Shown in pieces: positions 48,349 to 63,945 of a stretch of 64,000 nt of DNA (positions within the stretch are counted from its first letter, which is position 1; each line of letters begins with the position of its first letter). The translations under genes were made by a program, and so were the position numbers. Under the pieces are notes generated by a model, which saw nothing but the letters and a program-made list of their open reading frames with translations, was not told where the DNA came from and did no database searches. Source of the stretch: Vicugna vicugna (taxonomy: Eukaryota); the NCBI GenBank assembly GCA_013265495.1, contig MU058213.1:7208066-7272065 (forward strand), given 5' to 3'.

Positions 48349-49788
48349 TTACCCATATCCTCGACACGGTTGTTTTAACTGTTTCTATTTGGTAAATTCC
48401 TTCTTTGGAAACGGATCCCCCAAAGCTAGAGGATTTGAAAACAAACAGTTGGCCAGTTATTTAGGTTATAATGATTGCTTCCAAGACCTTCCTCATCTCT
48501 TCGAATTCTTTGCTTACCATTTTGGCGGCAAAGGGACAAGGGGGAAGATGTTATGAGCATATATGCAGCAGAAGGTGAAAACGTGATCAGGAAAGCAGCG
48601 CCTGCCACTGCTTTAACCCTCGGCCACGGAGAGCAGCAAAGTAGAATCTTCTCTTAAGCAATTATTTTGCCTTGGGGAATTTCACACCACTTTACTGGGA
48701 GAAGGGAAGAAAAGGGGAGTCAGTTACATTGACTGTGCACCTGCCATGAGCTAGGTGCTTTAGGGCAGCCTTGTCTTATTTCATCTCCACAAGAACATTT
48801 TTGCATCTTCTATCAGTGGACACAGATGCTCACAGACGTTTCACAGCTAGTAGGTACTGGAGCTGGGATTCACATCCCAGCATCTCCGACCCTGAATCCC
48901 ATTTCACACGCCTTGTTGCTTCTTACCGCTTTCTTGTTTTCCTTTGTGACTTTGCCTGCTGGTGCTACCTGCTGTCTCAAAGGTACAGCGACGCGCTGCT
49001 ATTCCCCAGCCTGTCCTGTTTGATTCCTTTTACATACCCCCTCTCCGACTGAGTTACAGGATAACCTGGATCCGTCCCGCTGTTCCCCCAATCTTAGTTT
49101 AAGACTGTGCACAATATGATGGGTGGAAGGAACAGGGAGTCAGGAGCCAGGAGCCATGGTCTAGTCCTGATGCTTTCATTTTCTAGCCATATGCCAAGGG
49201 GTGTTAGTTTCCTCACACGTAAAATGAAGGGGAGGATTAACGTTGATAATCTCTCTGGTCCTTCCTAAGCCTGAATTTCTAGTTATCAGTGGGGAGAAAA
49301 ATCACAGCGTTTTCTTTTCCTAAAGGCAGATGGATAATTAAAATCCCCCCTTCTCCAGCCCTGCCCTCCCACTTTGGTGATGTGCTGATCAGAGTGTTTT
49401 AGAGAAAAAAGCAAGTAACAGAACTATTTGTCAGCCTCATATTGCTAGGTTCAGACTGCAGTTAGGATCACAGCTTCCAAATCGTTTTTTTTTTTAAATA
49501 TGTACTCTCTAAACTCCTTCTTTTTAACCTCTGGAAACATGAGGTCAAGATTATTTTAAATCAGCTTCCGGACAGTGAAATCTTCCACTGTGATACTGGG
49601 ACAAATCCCAATTCATTTAGGCTTTTGGAAGCTGCTTAATCTAGACCCCTGCTGACAAATGATAGAACACACGTGCAAAGATATAGGAACAATAGGCCTG
49701 TGTACTATTGCTGAAATTTCGCACACTGGCGTCTCAGTGAGATGACAAGGCCCCAAGAACGTGATCAGCTCTCGAAGAAAGATTTTTA

Positions 49789-50091
<303 letters not shown>

Positions 50092-50534
50092 TCAGGTTCT
50101 CCCGACCTAATTTTGATTTGAAAGGTAACAAGTATAAAGCAACATGCTGGAAGCAGTTTTAATTATCTTTACATATTCAAGGAAGCAATTTGGAACTATT
50201 TTGCATTTTGAAACATGAGGATGAAGGACAGGTCAAGTCAGCATTGAGCAATAAGTCTTGGTGACTTCCAAGACCCTCCTGACTTTGACCTCCTGTGCCT
50301 CTACACCATTATCTGAGAATGAACAAATATTGATCTAGATGGGTGTGAGAAAGGACTGACACAACCTCTTCTTGGCATTTTATAGACACTTTTGCCATAT
50401 TCATTGATTGGAGGATGGTTATTCTTGAAAAACTAAGAAGTGGTATTCTTTTATGACAAGTATGTGTATCTTTTGTTTTTCCTGCAAATGGCAGAACAAG
50501 CATTACTGAAAGCCTGCTACATAATTATACATAG

Positions 50535-50780
50535 TGTTGCGGTTAAGAGATGGACTATGGAGCCAGACTGACCCGGGTTTGAATCTCAATTCTGCTACTT
50601 AGTAGCTGTGTGATCTTGTGTAAATCACCTAACCTCTCTGTGCTTTTTAGTTTCCTCACCTGTAAAATGAGGAAAATAGTACCTATTTCATTGGGCTTCT
50701 GTGACAATGAAATGAATTGAGCACTCAGAATAGAGAGGTTTACACAGCATGTGCTATATAAACATTTGTTTTTATTATAC
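50535..50780 (+). mobile_element. MIR SINE
   Basis: ggagccagactgacccgggtttgaatctc...agctgtgtgatcttg...tttcctcacctgtaaaatgagg. Confidence 0.88.
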
Positions 50781-50939
50781 TGGCGTGTAGGGAGTTTGAA
50801 GATATTAAAAGAAACAGATGCCAAATAAGTTTCCATAGGAACATATAACCCAGTGAACATGTAGGGACATGCTGAAAGGACAATTCAAGACATTAGACAG
50901 TACAGCATGAAGCTGAATTATACCAGAAGAGAAATTAAA

Positions 50940-51480
50940 AAAATAAAAAGCAATCGGTGCTTTAGGGAAAGGAGAGATGAGGGAATTAAGGGACGCTTCC
51001 TGGCAGAAGAGGAAAGTTTCGATTGGACCCTGAAGAATGGGGAGGATTTGGCAGGCAGAGGCCAGTGTTGTGTGGCAGAGAGCCAGTTCCACATTTGAGG
51101 GATGGTAGATGAAAGAACAAACATGGCATTTGTAGGACACAGGCAGAAGTGATAAAGTAATGATGTCAAAACAGAAATATGAGTAGGTAAGTGCCCAAAT
51201 CCTGAAGGATCTTGAATGCTGGGATTGAGAGCTGGACTTGATTAACAAAAGGAGTCATCAGGATTTTCGAGGGGGAGATGACATACTGAACATTGCATCT
51301 GGAGAAAGGGAACGAGCAGTTCTGTGACTGGTGGGCTGGAGGTTGGTGAGGCTGGAGGCTGGAGGACACATTAGAGGGCTGCTGAATTCTAGCTGTGAGG
51401 GACTAAGAGCTTGAAATAGGGTTCTAGTAATTGTTATAGAAGGGAAAGCCAATTAAAGATGTATTTTGAAGATGAATTAA
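50940..51480 (-). mobile_element. L2 fragment
   Basis: gggacgcttcctggcagaag...atcctgaaggatcttgaatgc...ggtgaggctggaggctggagg. Confidence 0.6.
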
Positions 51481-52559
51481 CAAGATTCAGAGAATACAAA
51501 ACCATATCCAAATGTGATCCCCCTTCCAGGATCCTGAACATGCAATAGGAAAAGCATTTAAAACAATGGTGCTGAATGCAAACTTAGCAACACCAGTAAG
51601 AGTGTCTATTTATGTGGAAGTCTGCTAGTGCTTTCGCCAAACAGAATCAGATTTGTTTGTGTGAAAACAGAGCAGGTTCACCTAAATGAGGCTGGAAACT
51701 AGAATCTCCTTAGAGACAGGGAGACACAATAAACCTTAACATCCTTAACTGGCAACACACAGACATGAAAACGACATAAGTAAATACAATTCAAAATAAA
51801 ACATAAACAAAAGAAAAGAATTTAAAGGAAACAGACAGAGAGAAACAGAGAAAGAGGGAGAAGCCAGGCAATTATGCATCTTGGAATCAATGATGCTTGT
51901 GAAGAGAACAGGGGAGTAAAGACAAAGATCACAGGGAATCAGAAAGAAGAAAATAAATGTGTAAATAGTAAACCAATTTTTGCAGATATGAAAAAAAAAG
52001 ATGCGATGAAGCGTGCACAGGGAATCTGGGAGAATCCTAGGAGAGGATTCATAGGAAGAGACTCACAGTATTCTCTTTCAGATCAGGCTTTTTCCCAGAT
52101 TACACGGTCAGCATCTTGTTTCACTCCATCCTTAAAATTGTTCCTGCTCATCCCTACCCATTTGAGTCCAGCTTTCAGGACAACAAATGATGTAATGTAC
52201 AAAGACGAACCAGCAGAGGGCAGTGGCTGCATTCTCACCAGCTGCCTTTGAGCCCAAGTCACACTTGATTTGACCAAGTGTAAGATTTCAGACCCTTGGC
52301 TATTTTTAAATCTCCATTTCAGCAAAGGAGAGTATGGTCAGCCGAGGAAAAGCTAAGAAGCTAGTGTGGTCCCTCAGATAAACAGTCTGGGATGGTGAAA
52401 TACCTTGGAACTAGGAGTTAGGAGACCTGATTTCTTCTGGCCTGAGATCAGTGGGTAACTCACTTTGTGACCAGCAAGGCAGTTTGCCTCCTAAACCATG
52501 ACTGCTTCATCAGTACAGCCAAGGTCTGGCTACTTCAGGTGGAAAAGCCTGACTTCTGA

Positions 52560-52912
52560 TTTAGTCATAGATTTTCACAGCGGGATGGAACTTTAGACAT
52601 CATCTGGTCCAAACTCTCCTCAGTTTACAGATAATAACATCATAATGATGATAAGAGTTAACATTTAGGTAGTAGTTATTATGGTCCAGATAGATATATA
52701 TATACACATACATATATACATTCTGTTTATATATATGTATATATGTATTTTCCTTAATATTCATAACCATCCTAGGGGGAAGGTACTAGTATTGTCTACT
52801 TTACAGATGAAGAAACCAAATGAGGTTAAGTGACTTTTCAAAGTGTCACAGCTGGCAAGTGGCCAGTGATTCAAACACACAAAATTGGAGTCCGGAGTCT
52901 GTGCTCTTAATC
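52560..52912 (-). mobile_element. MIR-family fragments
   Basis: ggaactttagacatcatctggtccaaac, and ctacttttacagatgaagaaac...gaggttaagtgact...gtcacagct...gagtctgtgctcttaa. Confidence 0.75.
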
Positions 52913-55401
52913 TTTATATTCCCGAGGTAGGGAGGCTGCAGCTTACAGAAGTAACGTGGTTTATGCCAGTTGTACGACCTACAGCAAAGCTAGGACCATA
53001 ACCCACAGGCTTTAGTTATTGATTATAGGAATAAGTACTTCACTTTTTTTTTTAATGAAACCACATAGCTTATCTGGAATGCATAATTCAGGTGCTAAGT
53101 ACACATCAAGGGCAAAATCGCATCGCCAGGAATGCAGATGAATTTCCACTAAAAGCAATGGATTGTAGATACCCTGATGAAAGATAGAAGTGCGCTTAGA
53201 ATATGTTAGTTTACAATTCATCCACCAATTGCACAACTGGTTTCATTTGTTTAAAATCTGATGACAAACTTTATCCCAAAATGAAGTCAAGTTAGCTCAA
53301 CAGAGAGCGGGACTTAAGCCCCAAAGGAAATGTCTGCGAACCTCCGAGAGCTTTGGAGCAGCAGCAGCAAAGCCTTTGGCTACTTTTACGCTGCTCTGAG
53401 CTCCTCAAACTGTTCTGCACGTGTAGATGAGGTGGGAAACAAGATCCCGGTTATAACCTCCTTTTTTCAGATAAATTCTTCTTTAGTTCTGGGTTTGGGA
53501 CAATCCTAGTGACAGTCAATTTTATTCATCCTGGAAAATGCCACAATATATGTGAAAAATCCTTAATTGAGGAGAACGTGGAGAACAGATGAGGGTTCCA
53601 GGCTTGGCGACAGCTGTGAGGAAATGGATTTTAAGGGGAAGGGGGAGCCGGGGGAGTCGGCTGAGCCATTTCTGGCTGCCCTCAGACACTAGGGCACATT
53701 TAGCCCAAGTGCCATGTTCAAGGGCCACACTCAGGCCAAGATGTGTGGGTTTATTTCCGGGATGAACATGTGACAAGCAGACAGGATGGATTCCCTAGTA
53801 TGGATGATAAAGCAGAAGCAACCCTAACGTGAGCCAGGTCATTTTCCATGGGATCGTGTCAGCTTTCAATCAAATCCTTATTCATTTCAGAAAATTTTAC
53901 TTTTATTACAGCTCTGCTTAAGGCTCAGCCAACCAAGATTTCACAACCAAAACGGAAGGTTTTTGTTCTAGTTCAAGAAAAAAAAAAAAAGAAAATCAAA
54001 CCTACCTCTGCTCAGCTTGGCTTCTAGTTCAGAGGTTTCTCTGTTAATCAAAAGAGCTGTGATACACCTTTAATGCTGTTCAGTGGTTAAACACCAAGCT
54101 TAAAATGTCCCTGCTCTTGAGGATTTAAATTTAGACCCATAAAGAGGTGCTTGTGTAAAAACCGTAAAGAACATTCAATTTGTTCTATTTGGAGAAAGAT
54201 TTTTACTGGAAATATAAATTTCACTTAAAAAATGTTTTATGGGGTACAGAGGTGGAGAAACCATCTAAAGAACACAACCGTCATTTCTGTGAACTGAGGA
54301 TGTCTGTGCTCAAGTCAGAACCTGCTGGTTCTCTTCCATCTGAAGTCTTCATTCTCTCCTCGTCTTTACTTAGTCATCTCCACAGCAGCTAATTGAAATA
54401 TCCCAAAGGATTCTAACCTCGGGTGAGGAAGCATGGGGAGGAGCAGATCAAATTCTCAAACAGCAAAGGTCCTTATCAAAGTTTTGCTAATAATAGTGCT
54501 GCACTTAAAAATCGATTAAATATAACAGAGGATGTTAACACAACTTCCTTGCAATGAAAAGTTTTCCATTGTCTGTGCTAACATTTCTAGGTCACCTCTC
54601 CCAAGAAGCATCAATGCCACAGGAATAAGGAAATGACAGGTTTTTTCATTCTTTTCTTTTTTTTTTCTTTTTTGGCACGGTGAGTGTTCTATGAAATATA
54701 GCAGTTTTGTCACTAATTTCCATCACCAAAACATTTCGGCAAATAAAGAAGCCAATTTCTCTGTAGCATTTCTGGAAGACATCGGGATGGCAAAACGTGG
54801 ATGTGTACAGGGACTGGGCAGTGATATAAATGGGGAGAGTGGGATGCGCCCATTTAAAGGCATTAGGACCTAACTGGTATCAGCTGGTTGTTACCAGTCA
54901 CAAATGCTGCTCCAGTGTAACTAGATCTTTTTTCCCCTCTCTCACAAGAAGCTGAAAATCTGAACTTTTAGGTGGAATTCTCCAGGCGTAAAATTTTAGC
55001 AACCGATTCAAAAATTGTAAAACTTGACACTGGTCCAAAAAAACATGTCTGTGGACCTGGTTGAGTTTGTGGGTTGTCATAATGACCTTGGGTATTAAAG
55101 CAATACCCGGACTATAACCAAAGTAATGGAGTTAGTTAATGGGGCCATTCCCTGAGCCTGCAGTTTTCGGGGAAACTTAAAGAATCTAAAGAAATAAAGG
55201 AATTTAAAGCGCTAAGTTCATGTTGTCCCAGCTCTGATGCTGAGAGGTCAGTGAGAGTCTGGTATTACAATGCGAAGCAGTGGAGAGTCAGAAGCAAGGA
55301 GGCAGCTTGGAATTGTGAAGGGGTCTAAAATGGTAAAGGTGAATCACCCAACTAGATGTATTATTTTAATAACGTAACTCATCAGAGGAAAGTCAGACTT
55401 A

Positions 55402-55923
<522 letters not shown>

Positions 55924-58481
55924 TTAGGAGTTCCTTTGAAATCTCAGATAATCTCAGTCAGAAACCACAGAACCACACGACAAGGACAGGATCCAGAAGT
56001 GAAAACCGTCCCACCCCACACGGGCTGGCTCCACATCTCCAACAGCAAAGACACATCCCAGATGAGATACGTTTCAGAAATAGACCCAGGGCTGCTAGAA
56101 GAGACCCGGAGCCATGACCACCCAGGTTTTCCTGCTGTCACAGAACCCTAGGCTCAGTGGGAGCCACTGCAATGCAACTTAATGGGCTGGGTCCCTCTCC
56201 ACTCAGGCAGCTGGCAGAGACCCTTCTTTCTCCTCCCAGGGTGCAGACCAGTGCCCAGGGATTCACAGACTCATGGGGGTACATCGAGGCACAAGCAGTC
56301 AAACCTCAACTTTCATTCATTTCATTAATCAATACACTTACATGAGTGTCTTCCTGATGAGACAACCAGACCTGGGGCTTTGTTGAGAAAGCTCAACAGA
56401 CTGAATGAGGCATTTGCAGTTTCTGGAATTACATCTCTGAGTCTACCCCCTCTCCTACTCCTGGGCCATGCGCTCGGTCCCTGGTGAAACCCTTGGGTCC
56501 ATCTTTACACTGGATCTTAACCAAAAGGCCGAGAAGCGATGGGCCCATCTTGAAATGACCCTTTCTGCTACTCTCATTTAGCCTCAAGTGAAAAGATTAT
56601 CAGAATTCTGGAAAGGGCAGATGTTGTAGAAGATGCCTGCGGGGGAATTCTGTGTTTGCAGCCCTTCTCCTTGCGATGGAGCTCCCCTTTTAAAGTGGGA
56701 CAACCACTAGAGTGACTTTCCAGTTCATTCTGAATCCCACATGAGTTCTGAAGCACTCAGATAACCAAGGACAAAAACTCTATGATTTCCTGGTCCGAAC
56801 TTGCACGCTGAGCCATTAATTTCTCAGCCTGACTCTGTATATGCAGATCAAACCTCTGCTGGAGGGACTAAGATCTCCTCCTTGATTCTGGTTAACTTTA
56901 CACATGACTGGGTGGTTGTAGGTGTGACCTACACCACAATTTTATGAGCTTCGGGGGCAAGAGACAGGGTGGATGCAGGTGGAGCTGGAAACCAGAGTCC
57001 ACCACCTGGGCCAGCTGCTGGATTCTTTTCCTGCCAAGGAGAACGTGCTTTCCTTTCACACAGAAAAAACAATTGAGCTGGATTCTGGTCAGTTTCCAGT
57101 TTCCACGACTCAGGTGACAAACTTGGTGGGTTAGTTAGACAGCAGTCAGGCTAATGGGGGCTGTGAATTTCAGGCCTTTAACTGTATAGGGCCTCAAATT
57201 CACTCCGAGCCCGCAACAATACATGCCGTCACTTAGATGCAAAACCGCCACAAGGCATACTGAAGGCACTTTATTTTTTTTTGGAAAGAATACTCTAGAA
57301 CTCCCAAGCAGATTAAGACCCAGAGGTGAAACTTGTTCTGCTATGACTCTGAATTGTGTTTTAAGTCTTTTCTTAGTATAAACAGCAGTAATCATACTAT
57401 TCTCTAAATGAAATGAATGGGTCAGGTCTTAAAATGCACACACAACCTGTGATTTTTAACTTACAGATTCATAAGAGATACACCTAATCGTGTCAGTTTA
57501 GTGCCACTGGAAGATGAAATCTGCAGGGCTTTGTTTCCCAGGAATTTCTGAGGACACAGTGTAAGTTTTGTGACTTGCATCTTTCCGATGGCAAAAGTTC
57601 ATTTTTCATTCTTACGCATCCTAAGAGGTCACCCTGCGCACAACTCGTGCCTGGGTGGGTCCACACCCCCCCAAGAATATCTGATTATGGGGAAAGCAGA
57701 CTTTCAGAATGCCTGCCCAGCATTCTGAAGTTATTTTTTCCCAAGCTGAAACTCCACTGGAAGAGATGGTTCCTTCAAATGGATCTCTTCAGAGAGCCAG
57801 GCAGCCGGTATATTCAAGAAAAGTCCTTAAAATGTACCCACTGTACTATCTGCCCAGTTTCCTTATGTAAGAATAATTGTCTTGAAAGCTGGCATTGATT
57901 ATTCAGTGAGCTTAAGACAGTTTTCCAGGAAGATCCCGAAATGTTTGCAACTGAAGGGTCGATGGCCTCTGTTTCTTAAAATAGTGTCTTTCAATGAAAA
58001 GAACACTTGTCACTGAGCCATGCTGTGCACTATTTTCACACATACTAGACATACAAATATTTGACTTTGGACCTAGTTAGCATAAAAGCTAATTCATCCC
58101 CCTGCCAATAAGCTTGCTCGTGTAAGGCATGCAGCCCTTAGCTCTGGTTGGGTTTTCTATGCAGGAAAAAGGCTTCTAGGAAGTAAATTTAATGAAGACC
58201 CTCATGTGACGCTTACCTTCAAGCAATTCATCCACCTGTTATGTCTTAAACATCAACAAATCTGAAGGTGTTCTCATCACATAGACACTTCTCCCCCAAG
58301 CTCCCCCGACCCCCTAACCTTAGCCAGTGAGCTGGCTCTGATGGTTTACGGAGGAGGAAGGAACTGCTGTGAGACCCACACAACCACCAGAGGAGGGAGG
58401 GGAGGTGGGTGGGGAGTGGGGTGAGGGGCAGAGGGGACACATTCTGGTAGATCTGGGTCCAGGCTTCAGAAGGCCCCTTCA

Positions 58482-58694
<213 letters not shown>

Positions 58695-61562
58695 TTAGTG
58701 TCAGTTTGAGCGGAAGATACTAAAGGCAGGGTACCAAGCGCCGAGTGGCATTAATATTTAATGGAGAATTAAACTTGCAACAGAATCATCCAGGAGACTG
58801 TTAATAAAATTAAAGTCACTTCTTTTTCCTTGAGTAAAATTGATCCCCAGAGCCTAGCCCTCCATCCCTTACACATGCAAAACCTTCTTTAACTCCAACA
58901 GATGGGCGCCCACGTACAAGGCACAGGATCGGGTCCTCTTCTTGGCTTCTGAGGATCCAAAGCTATGTGCTTGATGGCATGGTACAAAGACACTTACCTT
59001 TAACCTTTATCACCAAAACATTTTTAGAATAAACACAAAACACTTCTCTTGGATGTCCAGAGATAAGAAAATGCAGCCTCACCGTAACCCAGGAGGCTGC
59101 AATCCTGATACACTACAGTAATCTCAACCAGACCACGTAAATCCTCCACCTTTTCCGTGTCTTGCATTCCCCACGTGAAAATCTACTGCCCCAAGAAGTT
59201 AGGTGATATTTGGATGGATCACCCTGGCAGATCAGTCAGACTGGGAATACCCCGCTCTTGCTAGTTTGGAAATACCTTGTGTTCAGAATCATGGCCTTTA
59301 AGGTTTAACAAATCCAATCTGCTGCTCATCAAGTTCCACTCATTTGTTAAGCACTGTTTTGGAAATAAGGTGGATGGAGAACAAAGAGTACTGACCTCAA
59401 GGATTTCACTCATTCATTCATTCACTCTCATGGATTCATTCATTTTTGTTAACTTCTCGAGCTGGATTCTGACTAGCTGATTAATTTTCTTAAAGCTGCA
59501 AGTTTCCTTTTAGTGGCAACCACAAGTTTTGCTATGTCATATTTTCATAATTATTCAATTGAAAGCTTGCTCTAATTTTCAGTAGAGTTTTAAAAGCCGT
59601 ATGTTATTTAGAAGCACATTTCTTAATTTCCAAACATAGGTGGGGGCCAGTGTTTCTGGTTATCTTTTGATTGTTGATTTATCTCTCAGTGATTTTGCAA
59701 ACTAGAGATGTACCCTTAAAAAAAAAAAAGGTAATCAGAGTCATTTCTATGAAGCAGAGCCATGAAGGGTACAAAAGAACACTATCATTTTCAAATCTTT
59801 AATGGTGAAGATGGATGACCCTAACCAAGGGGACACAAGTGGAGAGGGGTGAGGTAAAATTACTCTCTCACCAGAAGATTACTCTGGAGACCAACTTGGC
59901 AAAATCTAACAAAATCTTTAAAAACATGCCTATTCATTGAACTAGTAAGTATCCTTTAAGGAATATATTTGAAAGAAATGTTGATAAAGGTACGAAGATT
60001 TACCTACATGGATGTGTATCACAGCACTATTTGTAAGGTGAAAAAAATTTAGAGAGATGCTAAATGTCCAACACTAGTGGACTGGAAGTCACAGTGGATA
60101 TTCATATTCTCAGGAACCATTAAAAATGGTATGTCAGAAATACAATTACTGCCGTAAAATGGTGATAAAAAATATGCCGCTGAATTAAAAAAAAAACAGC
60201 TAAGGAACTAAACACAATATAATCCACTTTTGGAGGGAAAAGTCTATATATTTAGCATAGAAGAAACTTTGGAAGTTTATGCCTCCAAAGAAAAAGAATT
60301 TGGTGGGGCCATGAGTGATCTCAATTTTCTTTATATTTATCTGCTTTCTGATTTTCCGACAACGTGCAGGTGGACAGGTACGTGAGCTACGCAGAAAGAA
60401 CAATCTAGTCTATACATCTGCTTTCTTTTGTGATGTCCGAGGACCTTGTGGATTCCGCCGATGGGCAGGACAGTACCTCAGTTTCCAGCTCTTTCCTTGG
60501 GAAACCAGTCTGGGATGGGCGGGGTGGGCACTGACCTCTCACTTGCTCCCTGCTCTCTGCCAGACTGCTCACTAACCCACATGGGCCAGGCTGGGGGTCC
60601 AGGGTCTCAGACTGTCTCTCCGTGGTACTTCAGATCTTCCTGATAACAAGTCTTGCCTCTTTTGTGAAGCAATCTCTCTTTTCTCAAAATATCTAAAAAG
60701 CTGTAGGTTTCCTTTTTTTTTTTTTTTTCTTTTTTTTGGTTTTGTGTGTGTTTTTTCCCTCTGTGACAAGAAAGCGAGATGAAGTAAAGCTTTCTTTGGG
60801 GCTTAATGGAGAGAATTCAAGAAAATATAAATGGTAACGGAGGCCAATAATCCTTAGAAAGAGATAGCAAGAGGTCACCTGTCTAGGTGTTCAGTCGAGT
60901 CTGAGACGTGTAATCTCTGTCCAGGCTGAAAGGGGTTTCTTTCTTGAGGCTCGACCACCATCCAGACCCTCCGTGTTTGCTATCACTGCTACCACTGCAG
61001 GCGACCAGGATTGGAACTATTCGCCTTTCCTTTAGCTGAGGCTGAATTTTGCTTGCTTCACAAGGAGACTGTTCCATTTTGTTCTATAATCGCTGAATAA
61101 GAAGAATGTCTGCCCACTCTCTCTTTTTTTCTTCAGATGGAAACGGTACTTGTGGGCTGCCAGGTTACCTCCTGGTACCTCGTCTGTAGATTGAAATCAG
61201 AGCACTGGTCACCTTTCTTTCTAGGTTCCTTTGCACTTTCAGTATTTCTTCTGAGGATCCTCTCCAATTTCTTCACTTCCACAACAAAAAGTCTGAAACT
61301 CGGAACTAGACACAGCTCTTGAAGAATGCTTGGGTAATTAACACAGGAAAAAAAAGTGCTAGTCTTTACTTTCCATATATTCAACTCAAGTTAACAGCAA
61401 ACCACCACTAATAAAGTTCCAGCATGTTAGCCCAGAAGCCGTACACAACCACCAGTTTGCCCTGCTACAAGGGACCTCTGGGAGGGCGTGATGGTGGTGA
61501 TAATGATGATGAAGATGATGATGATGGTGGCGGGGTGGGGGAGGAGAAATCTCTTGAGTGTC

Positions 61563-62075
61563 TGTATTAACTGCATCTTTTATTCTGCATTTTTAATGCT
61601 TTGACATCTTGCTGACCGAGGAGAGACTGCACTTTCCAGGGCTACCTAATTTCTAGAGACAGCAAACGACTTGCCTGGAGCACACCTTTCACGTGCAGAC
61701 CGACCAGTCCAGAGCCCATACACCCAGCCACCTCCTCTATCGGGCTCTCACCCTCGGGGCCACTCTTGCCCTGCCCTAATCATTCTGGGACCACCAGGTA
61801 CCACACAATTAGGGATTTTAACTAGCCAATCCTAACCCTGCTTTGCCTGCCCCGCCCGTTATAGAAAATCACAAGAAAGGCTCCTGCCTGTACGCCCCCC
61901 TCACTCCCTCCACCTCCTGACTGACCCTGGTGCTTCCCTCTTTGGTCCCCTGCGTGGCAAGCTGTGTCTCCTGTTTTGAGGGACCTGTGAGTATAACAAA
62001 CGTCTTCCCACATGAGTCACTTTTGTGTCTCTGTGTCTCACCTACTTGATTAAAACAAATCCCAGGAACCGTTGA
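61563..62075 (+). mobile_element. MER74-like ERVL solo LTR
   Basis: cttgctgaccgaggagagactgc...ccagggctacctaatttctagagacagcaaacgacttgcctgg...ccagagcccatac...cctcctctatcgggctctcac. Boundaries approximate. Confidence 0.7.
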
Positions 62076-62094
62076 AATGGTGCTTATTATTCAC

Positions 62095-62310
62095 TAGGCT
62101 TCCTGTGCCTTCTGTGGATTCCCATCATTTAATTCCGACAAGGGCAACACGAGGCAGGCGCTCTCGTTTCCCTGGTTCCCAGGTCAAAGAACCAGGGGCT
62201 TAGAGAGGCACAGAGACTTCCCCAGAACCTCCCCTCCCCAAGCCCCCAGGATGGGATAAAGCCGGGATCCAAACCATGCGGTTTAATTCCAGGACTCACA
62301 CTTTTATCCC
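62095..62310 (-). mobile_element. MIR SINE fragment
   Basis: catttaattccgacaag...ggggcttagagaggcacagagacttcccca...agccgggatccaaacc. Confidence 0.6.
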
Positions 62311-63804
62311 TTTTGTTCTCTTAGAAGGGCAACCATTAAGCAGGGCAGAGTAAAGACACAGGTATGCAGAATAAAGGAGCAAGACGAGTCTGCTCTGAAA
62401 TTAGTGTTTCCCTTCGGGTTAGCCCCGTTAGCTGGCCACGCCACCACTGCCCAGGCAACTTACAGATTCCTCTTTAATACCACCTCCTCATGTGGGTTAT
62501 TCACACGAGACAGCCAGTCTCACCATGTCATGATTTCCCCCGCATATCTGACCGGGAGGATTAAGTTCCCTTCTATTTACCTTATTTACTTCTAAATTCC
62601 TTTAGAAAACAAACAAAACAATAACCACAAACCGACTTCAAGGATGCAGAGTCATATCATTAAAGATGTCTGAGTAATGATGCCAACAACTGCAAGGCAA
62701 ACCCCTGAGGCTTCCCGCATGCTCTTGCAGCAGCGGCACGGAGCCCGGGACCAATGTCTGGAAAAGGACTACATGTCTTTGGATGCCTCAGCTTTGAAGG
62801 ATCTGGGGCAAGAGAGCAAGCAGATACACCTTACTGTTTGCAACACCATTTCTCACCGAATCAGTGGAGCAAGTGCCTGTGGAAAGCTCGGGGAGTGGTA
62901 CAGCTGAGAACCAGAGAAGAGACTTTTCTTTGGGACTAAGTCAACAGAGTCATGCTCACAAGTCTAGCTATCAAATACCAAACAGGGGGGTCAGGCGGGG
63001 TTATAAGGTGAGAGCCGTTGAAGGGAGAGAGAGGTAAGCCTGGATGACTCAGATACACACTAACCTTTGCATTTCAGACAGAATGAGGGCTTGGTCTTCC
63101 TTACTTCCCCTTTCCCCCTTTTAAAAAAACTCTTCATTTCAGTATTCCTTGGGATTTCTCAGAAGATTTGGGAAGGTAAAATGATAAAGCATTTAAAGCT
63201 AATGAACACCTAAGAGGAGAAAGATTATAGGAGGAAGAGAGGTAGAGAGTATGGTAGGTACCTTCCTTCCTACAGGTAGACATGCTCTTAAATGTAGAAG
63301 CAGAATCTTGATTGACTGGGAGCGATCCTGGAGAGGGTCCCCTTGAGAAATGGGACACTAGTTCTAGGGGTTGGGGAGTTCGAGGCCACACAGAACTTAG
63401 TGACAGCATAAGCCAGTGCTTGGAGTTTTGGGGCGGAATTGAGCGAATGTGTATAAAGAAGAGAGAGAGTGCTGAAGCTGTGAGTCAGCTGGGAGAGATA
63501 TTAAGTACACAGTTTTGAAGTTTTAACTTTTAAAAGCTGAGCTAATGAATTACTTCTTTGGCTTTCTTAAACGTTCACTTTGTATGGATGTCAAAATATA
63601 TGGAGATGTGCCATTATAAGCATGGTGGGCTTGGGCGGAGGGCCACCATGATGAATTTCAGGGTAGGAAGCAGTACTCGGTGTGACTGTGGCACGCTACC
63701 ACCACCTAGTGGCACCACACTAACGTGCAGTTACTGCAAAGGGGATTAGAGTAATATAAACACGCCCTGCGAGATGAAAGGAATTTGAGAGACGATCAGA
63801 TTTA

Positions 63805-63945
63805 GTTCTCAAACAGACGGTGTACCAGAATCATCCATGGAGCTTTTATAAAATACACCTGAGATCTATTGAACCAGAACATTCAGGGGCATAGTCCCAG
63901 ACATACATACTAGTTTGAACCCTGTGAAATCTCCATTTTTGTATG
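63805..63945. mobile_element. MER5-like hAT fragment
   Basis: agttctcaaac...accagaatcatccatggagcttttataaaataca...gaaccagaac. Confidence 0.5.
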
